A DNA stretch of 63,564 nucleotides. It comes from an uncultured Clostridia bacterium (lineage in GTDB: Bacteria > UBA6262 > WVXT01). Positions 51,042 through 60,103 of this stretch are shown in pieces (position 1 is the first letter of the stretch; the number at the start of each line of letters is the position of its first letter). The position numbers and the translations under genes are program-made. The notes under the pieces are model-generated. The model was not told the DNA's origin, made no database searches, and was given only the letters and a program-made list of their open reading frames with translations. The stretch spans positions 1-63,564 of the forward strand of contig CAYFRM010000040.1 of NCBI GenBank assembly GCA_964345635.1, read 5' to 3'.

Positions 51042-51845
51042 CTACAAAATTTGAAGAAACAAAACAATAAGTCCTAACGTCAGGCAATAATAAGCAAAAT
51101 AGCGAAGTCTGCTTTTTTGCACAACCCTCAGCACTACCGTGAGTGACCAGTATCCGGAAAAAAGAGCGGCAATTCCTCCCACTATATAAAAGAGCAGCGT
51201 GGAGAAATTAACCATGGGAAAAGCACCGGGCAGTTCAATTAGAGTGGCTCCCAAAATTGCCGGCAACGCAAGAAAAAAGGAATATTTTACTGCCCACTTC
51301 CGTTCCAGCCCACAAAATAGCCCAAAGATAATAGTCGCACCCGAGCGCGAGATACCGGGCAAGATCGCCGCAGCCTGAGCTATGCCGATTATCAATGCCT
51401 CTACTATTCCTGTCTCCCGGATACCCTTGTGAGTATTTCTTATCCGGTCACCGGAGTACAGAAGCATTCCGGTCAATATGAGAAACAGGCTCACCAGTAT
51501 GATATTGGAAAAAATAGGTTCTATTCTATCTTTAAGGAAAATTCCCGGAACAGCCACAGGCAACGAACCGACAACCAGAAGAAAAAGAATTCGTGCGGAA
51601 GGATTGGTCTTTGCTCCCTTGATACTTCGCAAACCCTTCAGTATTTCCCATAAATCTTTTCTGAAAAAGAGAATGATTGCCAAAAGGGTGGCCAGGTGCA
51701 GAAACACAGTGAAGGAAAGTTGTGGTTTGTCTATGTTTAGATACTTCTGAAAATACGTCAGGTGTGCGCTACTGGAGACAGGCAAAAATTCCGTCAGACC
51801 CTGAACTAACCCGAGGATAACAGCCCTCGCCAGATTCATTTTCAT
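51042..51845 (-). CDS. uppP: Undecaprenyl-diphosphate phosphatase
   Basis: 267 aa. GLVQGLTEFLPVSSSAHL and PGISRSGATI motifs. Confidence 0.9.
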   Translation of the reverse strand: MKMNLARAVILGLVQGLTEFLPVSSSAHLTYFQKYLNIDKPQLSFTVFLHLATLLAIILFFRKDLWEILKGLRSIKGAKTNPSARILFLLVVGSLPVAVPGIFLKDRIEPIFSNIILVSLFLILTGMLLYSGDRIRNTHKGIRETGIVEALIIGIAQAAAILPGISRSGATIIFGLFCGLERKWAVKYSFFLALPAILGATLIELPGAFPMVNFSTLLFYIVGGIAALFSGYWSLTVVLRVVQKSRLRYFAYYCLTLGLIVLFLQIL

Positions 51846-51932
51846 CCTTCCCGGTGGGAATAGTTATTTTGTTTTCGCCGTAGAAAAAAAGGAGGCGATT
51901 GAGGGAAAGCATACAGAGAAGAGTGGTAAACA

Positions 51933-52130
51933 TCAGTTGAGCCCTACGCGGTAATCTTTCGTTTCCTTCTTGATATATATCTTCTCCTCTCGCATTAACC
52001 ATCCCAATGCTAAGTAGAGTAAGCTGTTAGGTACGCCCAGCTTGGTCTTCAATACCAGAACCGGAACTTCGCCTCTGGCGTTCAAAAAATTCCAGATTTT
52101 TCCCGCAAGGAGCCCAATCTGTTCACTCAT
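51933..52130 (-). CDS. Small winged-helix protein (DUF2582-like)
   Basis: 65 aa. GKIWNFLNARGEVPVLVLKTKLGVPNSLLYLALGWLMREEKI fits a wHTH. The family name is from memory. Confidence 0.5.
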   Translation of the reverse strand: MSEQIGLLAGKIWNFLNARGEVPVLVLKTKLGVPNSLLYLALGWLMREEKIYIKKETKDYRVGLN

Positions 52131-52136
52131 TTAAGT

Positions 52137-52625
52137 TTACTCCGTTATAGGCAATGCTAAGAACAATGGCTCGTCCGCCTGAACGTTATCCCTATTAGAA
52201 ACTAATACTTTAAGTATTTTACATGACGTTTCTGCCTGAATTTCGTTCATCAGCTTCATCGCTTCCACGATGCAAACCGTCTCACCAGCGGTAACTGTAT
52301 CGCCTGCTTCCACGAAAGGCGGGGCTCCCGGTGCGGGAGAGGTATAAAAGACGCCCACGATCGGCGATCTTATGAGAATCGTATTCTGCTCAATTTGTTT
52401 TGCGGGAGCGGAAAGTTCCTTTTCTAATACCTTACTTCGCGACTCCTTTCCCCGACGGCGGAAGGAGACGCCGGAGCCAAATTCCCGTTTTATTATGACT
52501 TTAAATTCTTTCTCTTCCCAATTCAGTTCACTGAGGTCCTGGTGAACCATAAAATTATAAATTCGGAAAAGCTGAGAAAGATCACTGGAACCGTTCCCTT
52601 TTTTCCTCAGTTTATTTTTACTCAT
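52137..52625 (-). CDS. accB: Acetyl-CoA carboxylase biotin carboxyl carrier protein
   Basis: 162 aa. Biotinyl-Lys motif CIVEAMKLMNEI. Confidence 0.85.
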   Translation of the reverse strand: MSKNKLRKKGNGSSDLSQLFRIYNFMVHQDLSELNWEEKEFKVIIKREFGSGVSFRRRGKESRSKVLEKELSAPAKQIEQNTILIRSPIVGVFYTSPAPGAPPFVEAGDTVTAGETVCIVEAMKLMNEIQAETSCKILKVLVSNRDNVQADEPLFLALPITE

Positions 52626-54814
52626 CCAATATCTTTCCTCCCCTTCCCCCCGGGAAATTCTTTCTCCCTTAATACAGCCTTATGGCTGAGATTGATCCTA
52701 CCCTCGTGGTCAATTTCCATGCATTTCACCAGAATTTCCTGGCCTTCTTTTACAACATCGCTTACCTTGTTGATGCGCCTCTCAGCTAACTGAGAGATAT
52801 GCACCAGTCCTTCCTTTCCCGGTAAAACTTCCACGAAGGCGCCGAAATCCTTGATGCGGGTTACTCTACCCTTGTATATTTTCCCCACTTCCACGTCGGC
52901 AGTAAGGTATTCCACCATTTCCTTGGCGGCGTTGGCGGATTCCTGAGTATCCGCGGTAATAGCGATCACACCGTCATGTCCTATATCCAATTTGGCTCCT
53001 GTCTCATTCTGAATCTTGTTAACTATTTTACCTCCCGGTCCAATTACTTCTCTGATTTTCTCGGGATTAATTTCTACTATCAAAATCTTGGGCGCCAATG
53101 CCGAGATTTCTTTACGAGGAGCTTCTATTTCTTCGCGCATCTTGTCCAGAATGAACAAACGCGCTTTTCTCGATTGTACCAAAGCTGTGGCCATAATCTG
53201 CGGCGTAATCTGGTCGGTCTTAACATCCAACTGCACCGCAGTAATGCCTTTTCTGGTACCGGCAACCTTAAGATCCATATCGCCAAAAAAATCTTCCATG
53301 CCAATTATATCGGTTAACAGGATAGCCCCCTCCCCTTCTTTGACCAGACCCATTGCAACTCCCGCTACAGGCGCGGTAATGGGTACTCCCGCATCCATTA
53401 GAGACAGTGTCCCCCCGCAAACGGAAGCCATGGAAGAAGAACCATTGGATTCTAAAATATCGGCGACAATTCTTATGGTATAAGGGAATTCTTCCTCAGG
53501 AGGTAAAACCGCAGATAACGCCGTCTCGGCCAGCACCCCGTGTCCGATCTCCCGTCGCCCGGGACCCCGCGCGGGCCTCACCTCTCCCGTGCTGAAAGGA
53601 GGAAAATTATAGTGGAGCATAAATCTTTTCTTATATTCTCTCTCCAATTCGTCCATAACTTGCATATCCTGAGACGTGCCCAGCGTAGTGGTAACCAAAG
53701 CTTGCGTCTGTCCCCGGGTAAACAAGCCGGAACCATGAGTTCGTGGCAAAACGCCTACAGCACAGGTGACGGGACGGACTTCGTCAATTTTCCGTCCATC
53801 TACTCGTTTATTCTCTTTCAGGGCCAGGCGCCTCAAATAATTACGCTGCACCTGGTCAATGGTATCTCTGATAACGCTTTCTTGTTCAGGATAGTCCTGG
53901 GAAAACTCATCAATACTCCGGGAAGTAATTTCATTAATTCTCTTCTCTCTTTCAAGTTTGTCGCTGACCCTCAGCGCTTCTTCTGTCTTTTCCTGACAGA
54001 ACCTAACAAGCCGCGTCGCCAGTTCCAAATCTGCAACAACCGCTTTCTTCTCGGAATAGGGAAGAAGGCGATAGAACTCTTTCTCCACTTCCTCGTTTTT
54101 CGAGGTCTCCCCTCTTCCCGCCTCTTCCATTTTGGGCTTCCCAAATTGCGTTATTAATTTTTCTTGTAAATTTATTATCTCTATTATGACTTTATGACCC
54201 AGTTTGATCGCTTCTTGCAAGACTTCTTCCGGTACTTCCTTTGCCCCGCCTTCCAGCATGGTTACCGTATTCCGGGTGCCGGCAACCACCAGATTGAGGC
54301 TACTCTCTTCCAATTGAGCAAAGGTGGGATTAATGATAAACTTTTCCCCCACCCTGCCCACCCTCACTGCCCCAATAGGACCGGCAAAAGGTACAACCGA
54401 AAGACTCACGGCACAACTTGCGCCGATAATAGAAGGAATATCGGCATCGTTTTCCTGGTCGGAAGACAAGACGGTAATCATTACCTGAACTTCATTCAGA
54501 AAGTTCTTGTCAAAAAGAGGTCTTAAAGGTCTGTCCACCAGTCGGGAGGTTACCACCTCGTTCTCGCGTGGCCTTCCTTCTCTCTTGAAAAATCCTCCGG
54601 GAATTTTTCCCGCGGCATAAGTTCTTTCCCTGTAATCTACCGTGAGCGGAAAGAAGCTTTCTTCTTCTTTTGGCTCAGGCGCTACCGTGGCAGTGGCTAA
54701 AACAACGGTCTCTCCATATCTCACCAGTGCCGAACCAGCAGCCTGTTTTGCCAGGTTTCCTGTCTCTATGATCAATAGTCGCTCGGCGATTTCCCCTTCT
54801 ACTTTTCCAGGCAT
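52622..54814 (-). CDS. pnp: Polyribonucleotide nucleotidyltransferase (PNPase)
   Basis: 730 aa. Two RNase PH domains, then KH and S1 domains (GRVTRIKDFGAFVEVLPGKEGLVHISQL). Confidence 0.97.
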   Translation of the reverse strand: MPGKVEGEIAERLLIIETGNLAKQAAGSALVRYGETVVLATATVAPEPKEEESFFPLTVDYRERTYAAGKIPGGFFKREGRPRENEVVTSRLVDRPLRPLFDKNFLNEVQVMITVLSSDQENDADIPSIIGASCAVSLSVVPFAGPIGAVRVGRVGEKFIINPTFAQLEESSLNLVVAGTRNTVTMLEGGAKEVPEEVLQEAIKLGHKVIIEIINLQEKLITQFGKPKMEEAGRGETSKNEEVEKEFYRLLPYSEKKAVVADLELATRLVRFCQEKTEEALRVSDKLEREKRINEITSRSIDEFSQDYPEQESVIRDTIDQVQRNYLRRLALKENKRVDGRKIDEVRPVTCAVGVLPRTHGSGLFTRGQTQALVTTTLGTSQDMQVMDELEREYKKRFMLHYNFPPFSTGEVRPARGPGRREIGHGVLAETALSAVLPPEEEFPYTIRIVADILESNGSSSMASVCGGTLSLMDAGVPITAPVAGVAMGLVKEGEGAILLTDIIGMEDFFGDMDLKVAGTRKGITAVQLDVKTDQITPQIMATALVQSRKARLFILDKMREEIEAPRKEISALAPKILIVEINPEKIREVIGPGGKIVNKIQNETGAKLDIGHDGVIAITADTQESANAAKEMVEYLTADVEVGKIYKGRVTRIKDFGAFVEVLPGKEGLVHISQLAERRINKVSDVVKEGQEILVKCMEIDHEGRINLSHKAVLREKEFPGGKGRKDIG

Positions 54815-54837
54815 AGTCGGTCCTTTCTTTAAATATT

Positions 54838-55107
54838 CTATTTTCTCAACTTTAGCTTGTCTATAATTTCTTTATATTTCTTCAAATCGTGAAGCTTCAG
54901 GTAGTTTAATAATTTCCTTCTCTTCCCCACAAGTTTTAAAAGACCCTGCCGGGAATGGTGGTCTCTGATGTGAGTTTTGAAATGGTCCGTTAAAGCATTA
55001 ATCCTCTCAGTCATTAAAGCAATCTGAACTGTTGCAGAACCGGAATCTTTTTCGTGCACGCGGAATTCTTTTACGATATCTTTCTTCTTGTTACCTGTTA
55101 ATTTCAT
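54838..55107 (-). CDS. rpsO: 30S ribosomal protein S15
   Basis: ORF extends to 55125, but the ATG at 55107 with an AAGGAG SD is preferred. DSGSATVQIALMTERI and DHHSRQGLLKLVGKRRKLLNYL. Confidence 0.95.
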   Translation of the reverse strand: MKLTGNKKKDIVKEFRVHEKDSGSATVQIALMTERINALTDHFKTHIRDHHSRQGLLKLVGKRRKLLNYLKLHDLKKYKEIIDKLKLRK

Positions 55108-55153
55108 TTTTTTCTCCTTTCCCAAAGGTTATTCTGACTATTTTCCTGTTTTA

Positions 55154-56473
55154 CTAAAACAAACAGGTCCGATTACGTCCTTCTTTTTTGGCCCGATAAA
55201 GAGCCTCGTCCGCCTTCTTGATTAAATCAGTCCTCAAAACGGCATCATCGGGATAGGAAGCAACTCCCAGACTTATAGTCATTTTTGCCCCAACTTCTCC
55301 AAAAGTCTGCTCGCTTAGTGTCTTCCTTACTCTTTCTGCGGCAAAAGAGGCTCCTGCTTTGTTAGTTTCCGGAAGAATCACGGCAAATTCTTCGCCACCA
55401 TACCTGGCTACGAAGTCCGTTTCTCTTAAAGAACTCTTCAGAATTTGCGCTATCTTCCTCAGTAAGGAATCTCCTTCTAAATGTCCGTAACTATCGTTAA
55501 ATTTCTTAAAATGGTCAAGATCAATCATAATCAACGAAAGGTTCAGGTCGTACCTCTGGGCACGTTTTACCTCCAGTTCCAGTTGCTCATGAAAATGCCT
55601 ATGGTTGTATAGTCCTGTTAAACCATCGGTCATAGACAGATGTTGCGTAGACTTATACAGCATAGTGTTTTCGATGGCCTGAGATGAATATTTGGCAAAA
55701 GTAGAAAACAATCTTTTATCTTCGTCCGGAAACTGGTGACTCTTTTTCTTGCTATGTAAAGTCATAAGCCCGATCAACTTCTCTTCTCTTCCCGTCAAGG
55801 GAACGCACATTCCCGTCTCTATCTCCGGAATACCCTCAAAGTTTTCCGGGAGGGACTCGCCTTTTTCTCTGTCAATTATGGGCTGAGGCAATTTTTGTTG
55901 CTTCCATAATTGCATCTTCTCTTTTCCCTTTTCCTTAATTATCTCGATTATCTTCTCATCCAGACCCCATGCTGTCCTCAGCGACAATTGTTTGCTCTTC
56001 TCATCAAAAATGAAAAGGGAACCGGCATCCGCCTTGGTACCTTTGATACAGGAATTCATAATTAAAATATACAGCTCTTCCAATCCTATAGAAGGATCCG
56101 TACCCTGACTGAGCCGTTCAAATTCAGCCAAGGCCTTCTTTTCTCTAAGCCGGTCCCAAAGAAGGCTTGTTACAGGACCTTTCATTACTTCGATATTTGA
56201 AGATTGGCCTATTTTCTGGAGTTGTTTATTTATTTCCGGATCGTCACTCAGGTTCAGGATAGCGTCTACTTTCTTCTCTTTAAGCAAATCGCGAAAATCT
56301 CTCGCCGTAGGAATTCCCAGTTTCCTGGCTAATTCTATTCTATCGGGGTTTTGACTCTGATCAGCAATACCCACAATTCGCAATTGCTCGTCTTCGTGCA
56401 AAGTCTCGATAATTGCTATCCCTCTTCTCCCTCCACCGATGATTATGATGCTTTTTTTCTTTCCCTTATTCAT
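55154..56473 (-). CDS. Diguanylate cyclase with N-terminal Rossmann-like domain and GAF domain
   Basis: 439 aa. IIIIGGGRRGIAI (GxGxxG), central GAF-like region, GGDEF domain with RYGGEEF, and I-site RETD five residues upstream. Confidence 0.85.
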   Translation of the reverse strand: MNKGKKKSIIIIGGGRRGIAIIETLHEDEQLRIVGIADQSQNPDRIELARKLGIPTARDFRDLLKEKKVDAILNLSDDPEINKQLQKIGQSSNIEVMKGPVTSLLWDRLREKKALAEFERLSQGTDPSIGLEELYILIMNSCIKGTKADAGSLFIFDEKSKQLSLRTAWGLDEKIIEIIKEKGKEKMQLWKQQKLPQPIIDREKGESLPENFEGIPEIETGMCVPLTGREEKLIGLMTLHSKKKSHQFPDEDKRLFSTFAKYSSQAIENTMLYKSTQHLSMTDGLTGLYNHRHFHEQLELEVKRAQRYDLNLSLIMIDLDHFKKFNDSYGHLEGDSLLRKIAQILKSSLRETDFVARYGGEEFAVILPETNKAGASFAAERVRKTLSEQTFGEVGAKMTISLGVASYPDDAVLRTDLIKKADEALYRAKKEGRNRTCLF

Positions 56474-56492
56474 TAAACCAAATTATACCATT

Positions 56493-57482
56493 CTAATCCG
56501 TCTTTGTCAAACTTCCTGAAACTGACCTGAGCTTTCTTGCAAATTGGATATCTCTCTTTATTCGCTCTATCAACTTCTCCGGAGTAGGGAATCTCATTTC
56601 CTCTCTTATTTTCCTCACAAGAAAGACTTCCAGCTTTTTCCGGTAAAGATTCCCTTGGAAATTGAAAACATATACTTCCACCACAGGTTGAGCATATTTT
56701 CTCTTTACTTTTCTGGCAGGAAATTGCCCTCCCGGCGAAAACGTGGGGCGCGTCCCGATATTAGCAACTCCCGTCTCCTCTTTTCCTGCAAACCGGACGG
56801 CAACGACATATACTCCCTGAGGCAAAATGACATTCCCCGAAATATCCAAATTTGCCGTGGGAAAAGATAGCCCCTTCCCTCTTCCGCTGCCTTTTTTCAC
56901 CGTCCCGCTAATAGCGTAATATCTTCCCAGGAGATGATTTGCTGTCTCTATTTTACCCTGCCAGAGCAATTGACGAATCTTACTGGAGCTTACTTTAGCA
57001 TTACCTATTTTGAGTTCGGCGACGGTATTTACTGAAAAACCATATTTACGTCCCAGTCTCTTAAGTAATGTCACATTCCCCAGGCGGTTTTTTCCAAAAC
57101 GGAAACCAGGACCCACCACCACCCTCGCTGCACCTATCTTTTGATAAATGACTTTTCTTATGAACTCTTCCGGCTGCAACCGGGCAAAGCGGCGATTGAA
57201 GCGCATAACCAGCAACGCATCGACGCCCAGGTTTCTGATTATTTCTTCTTTTTGTTTCAGAGTTGTAATTAATCCGAATTTCTTTCTTTCCTTTCCTATT
57301 ACTTCCCGGGGAAGCGGCCAGAAAGTCGCCACAATTGACCTTTTGCCTTGCTTGCTGCCCAGATCCCTCGCCGCCATGATAACCTTCTGATGGCCAATAT
57401 GGACTCCGTCAAATGTTCCCAGGGCGACCACGCTACTCCTGAACTTCCTCCTTAATCTGGATAGTCCTTTTATGACTTCCAT
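56493..57482 (-). CDS. ribF: Bifunctional riboflavin kinase / FMN adenylyltransferase
   Basis: ORF extends to 57542, but the ATG at 57482 (MEVIKGLS...) avoids overlap with truB. LGTFDGVHIGHQ and GFPTANL-type (LSFPTANLD) motifs. Confidence 0.9.
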   Translation of the reverse strand: MEVIKGLSRLRRKFRSSVVALGTFDGVHIGHQKVIMAARDLGSKQGKRSIVATFWPLPREVIGKERKKFGLITTLKQKEEIIRNLGVDALLVMRFNRRFARLQPEEFIRKVIYQKIGAARVVVGPGFRFGKNRLGNVTLLKRLGRKYGFSVNTVAELKIGNAKVSSSKIRQLLWQGKIETANHLLGRYYAISGTVKKGSGRGKGLSFPTANLDISGNVILPQGVYVVAVRFAGKEETGVANIGTRPTFSPGGQFPARKVKRKYAQPVVEVYVFNFQGNLYRKKLEVFLVRKIREEMRFPTPEKLIERIKRDIQFARKLRSVSGSLTKTD

Positions 57483-57486
57483 TTTC

Positions 57487-58404
57487 TCATATCCGCCGAC
57501 CGAACACTCGCAATAATTTGAATTCTCTCTCTCCGCACGCAAGTTCTCCTTTAGCCAGCGCTATCAAATTTCCCTCTTCATCGGATACTTTGAATGTTCC
57601 CCCGGTATCAATAATTTCCGAAGAAGACAAATGAACATTTATGATCTCTGAATTCTTTATCTGCCTCCCCATTCTAATTCCCTGACCCATTCCCCGGGTG
57701 ACTACAACGTCGGGCAAGTCAGATAATGCTTTGGATATAGATTGGATTTTCTGATGAAACAACTCTTTTCTCTCCCAGGAAACAGCATCGCTCAATTTGA
57801 AGTTACCTATCCGCACCCGCACCAGATGCGACATATGAGCTCCGCAACCCAATGCCTCGCCCATATCATGGCATAAAGTGCGCACGTAAGTACCGGAAGA
57901 GCAGACGGTGCGAAACTTGACTTCGGGCATATCGTAAGACAGGAGTTCCAATTTTTTGACCTCCACTTTCTGAGGAGTTCGTGCGATTACATTTCCCTGG
58001 CGAAAGAGCTGGTACAATCTCTTCCCGCGGTATCTTTTGGCTGAGACCATGGGAGGAACCTGTTCCTGCGTTCCCAAAAACTTGGTAAAAACCTCGTTTA
58101 ACTCTCTTAATTCTACTTTCGGTTGGGTCTTTCTCAAAATCTCTCCCTGTTCATCCTGTGTGGTGGTACTAATTCCCAAAACCATCGTAGCTTCGTATTC
58201 CTTCTCCAGTCTCATCAAGTACGCGGAGATTTTGGTTGCCTCTCCCAAAAGGATAAGAAGAACTCCTTGTGCCTGGGGGTCGAGCGTTCCCGCGTGGCCT
58301 GCTTTTTTCGCCGCAAGGAGCGCTTTCACTTCCTGAACCACAGCAAAAGAAGTCAAGCCTTTTGGCTTAGCAACGTTTAGAATGCCGTTCTTTGGCCGTT
58401 CCAG
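57487..58404 (-). CDS. truB: tRNA pseudouridine(55) synthase
   Basis: The track ORF starts at TTG 58356, but the conserved N-terminal GILNVAKPKGLTS lies in frame upstream of it. Only ATA/ATA/CTG codons follow the in-frame stop at 58413-58411 and a GGAGG SD. Catalytic GHAGTLDP is present. The start is uncertain. Confidence 0.85.
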   Translation of the reverse strand: MERPKNGILNVAKPKGLTSFAVVQEVKALLAAKKAGHAGTLDPQAQGVLLILLGEATKISAYLMRLEKEYEATMVLGISTTTQDEQGEILRKTQPKVELRELNEVFTKFLGTQEQVPPMVSAKRYRGKRLYQLFRQGNVIARTPQKVEVKKLELLSYDMPEVKFRTVCSSGTYVRTLCHDMGEALGCGAHMSHLVRVRIGNFKLSDAVSWERKELFHQKIQSISKALSDLPDVVVTRGMGQGIRMGRQIKNSEIINVHLSSSEIIDTGGTFKVSDEEGNLIALAKGELACGEREFKLLRVFGRRI

Positions 58405-59398
58405 TATTATTTACCTCCTGAGAAACTGCTTTTAGAATTCTTCGTTTAACTTCTTCCACAGTTCCCCGCATTGTGCACCCGGCGGCATTCCTGTGACCGC
58501 CTCCGCCAAATAGCCTGGCAATCTTACTCACGTCTATCCTTCCCTTGGAACGAAAACTAACTCTGAACTGGTCGCCTACATTGGTTTCCCGGAAAAGTAC
58601 TCCCGCCTCCACCCCTTTCACATCTCGGGCGAAGTTGACGAATCCCTCGGTCTCCTCTTCTCCGGCGCCGGTTTCTTTATACATTTCTTGCGTAATCGTA
58701 AGGTGAGCAATTTTCCCGCCAGCGGTTATTTCCAATGTACCTAAAGTTGACGACAATAGTCTTAATCCGGGTCCACTCCTTGACTCGTAAATCCTCTGAC
58801 TAACTACTTGCGGTGAGATACCCTCCTTTATTAGTTCAGCGACAATTTCATGGCAACGGGGCGTAGTGTTTGCTTCCTGAAATCTCCCCGTATCGGTGAG
58901 GATGCCCACATAAAGAGCAAGTACTTCCTCTTTAGTTATTTCCCGATGAGACTGTTTGAATAAATCGTAAAGTTCCTCAGCAACAGATGAGGCCTGGGGT
59001 TGAACGTAATTGTAATCCCCGAATAGTTCGCAGCCCAGGTGATGGTCCATATTAATTATGGTTTTCACTCTATTTTTGAGGTCTATTATGTCTCCTATTC
59101 TCTGCAAGTCACCGCAATCTAAAATAAAGGCTACGTCAAAATTCCTTTCTACTTTTTCCACGACGTGAATATCGCTACTATCGGGCAAGAACCGGTAAAC
59201 TGCCGGAACCGGGTCTCGATTTGCGATGTACACATCCTTGCCCAATCGCTTCAAGAATGAGCTAAGAGCTAACTGTGCACCTATCGAGTCCCCGTCTGGC
59301 CTCATGTGAGAAGAGATAAAAAATGTACGGTTTCCCCGGATAATTTTCAGAATCTTATCAATTATCTTCTTTTCTTCTCTCCCGATTTTCTTCGGCAT
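58367..59398 (-). CDS. nrnA: DHH/DHHA1 phosphoesterase (NrnA-like nanoRNase / pAp phosphatase)
   Basis: 343 aa. SHMRPDGDSIG, NMDHH, and GGGGHRNAAG motifs. Confidence 0.8.
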   Translation of the reverse strand: MPKKIGREEKKIIDKILKIIRGNRTFFISSHMRPDGDSIGAQLALSSFLKRLGKDVYIANRDPVPAVYRFLPDSSDIHVVEKVERNFDVAFILDCGDLQRIGDIIDLKNRVKTIINMDHHLGCELFGDYNYVQPQASSVAEELYDLFKQSHREITKEEVLALYVGILTDTGRFQEANTTPRCHEIVAELIKEGISPQVVSQRIYESRSGPGLRLLSSTLGTLEITAGGKIAHLTITQEMYKETGAGEEETEGFVNFARDVKGVEAGVLFRETNVGDQFRVSFRSKGRIDVSKIARLFGGGGHRNAAGCTMRGTVEEVKRRILKAVSQEVNNTGTAKERHSKRC

Positions 59399-59759
59399 TA
59401 TCTTTCTCTCGGTGGATTCTGTTAATCAACTCTTCGATGCGAGCCGCCCTCTCAATTGTTTCGTCATAATAGAAAACAATTTCCGGAGTATACCTTAGCC
59501 TGATTCTCTGGCCGATGTGATAACGTATAAAAGGCGTCATCTTTCGCAGTAATTTTTCCGTGGTTACCTTTTCCTCATCCGAGCCGTAGACCGTAAAATA
59601 GACTTTGGCATGCTGTAAGTCATCGGTAACTTTGACTTCGGTTATCGTAACAAAACCCATCTGGGGATTTTTTATCCGCTTTTGCAGGATTGCACTAATC
59701 TCTTTTTGGATTAAGTGAGCTACTCTTTTTGGTCTTTTAAGAGGCATTTTTCCAACCAT
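59358..59759 (-). CDS. rbfA: Ribosome-binding factor A
   Basis: 133 aa (or start at ATG 59747). RVAHLIQKEISAILQ... and YTPEIVFYYD. An acidic/basic tail overlaps the nrnA start by 41 nt. Confidence 0.9.
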   Translation of the reverse strand: MVGKMPLKRPKRVAHLIQKEISAILQKRIKNPQMGFVTITEVKVTDDLQHAKVYFTVYGSDEEKVTTEKLLRKMTPFIRYHIGQRIRLRYTPEIVFYYDETIERAARIEELINRIHREKDNAEENRERRKEDN

Positions 59760-59793
59760 TGAGGGAGAGCGTCAACGCGAGGAGAAGAGGGAC

Positions 59794-60084
59794 TCAGTGG
59801 TTTTCTATTACAAAATCATGCTCGATAATTTCTACTTTCTTCGCTTCCCGAATAAATTCGATTATTTTGTCACTTATTGATTGTGCTTGTTTCCTGTCGG
59901 AACAAACTAACGCAATTCCCAAAGTGGCGCGGTGCCATAAATCCTGGCTATCCACTTCGGAGATGGAAACGTTAAACCTGGCCCTCACTCTATCCTTAAG
60001 ACTCTTAACCACCCTTCTCTTCTCTTTGAGAGAATTCGGCTTTTCCAGAAGATAGAGAGTAATACGCCCTAAACCAGAAACCAT
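59794..60084 (-). CDS. DUF503 (YlxP-like) protein
   Basis: ORF extends to 60165, but the extension runs through the repeat. The ATG at 60084 gives 96 aa starting MVSGLGRITLYL. It holds the typical infB-rbfA operon position. Confidence 0.7.
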   Translation of the reverse strand: MVSGLGRITLYLLEKPNSLKEKRRVVKSLKDRVRARFNVSISEVDSQDLWHRATLGIALVCSDRKQAQSISDKIIEFIREAKKVEIIEHDFVIENH

Positions 60085-60103
60085 CTCCTCATCCGCTATT
60101 AGT

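Noticed and set aside
50902-51087. 61-aa - strand ORF in the ftsK-uppP spacer.
   Set aside because: It overlaps the uppP 3' end, has no SD and no motifs. The spacer more likely holds a weak terminator hairpin (GGGCT...AGCCC) and the ftsK promoter.
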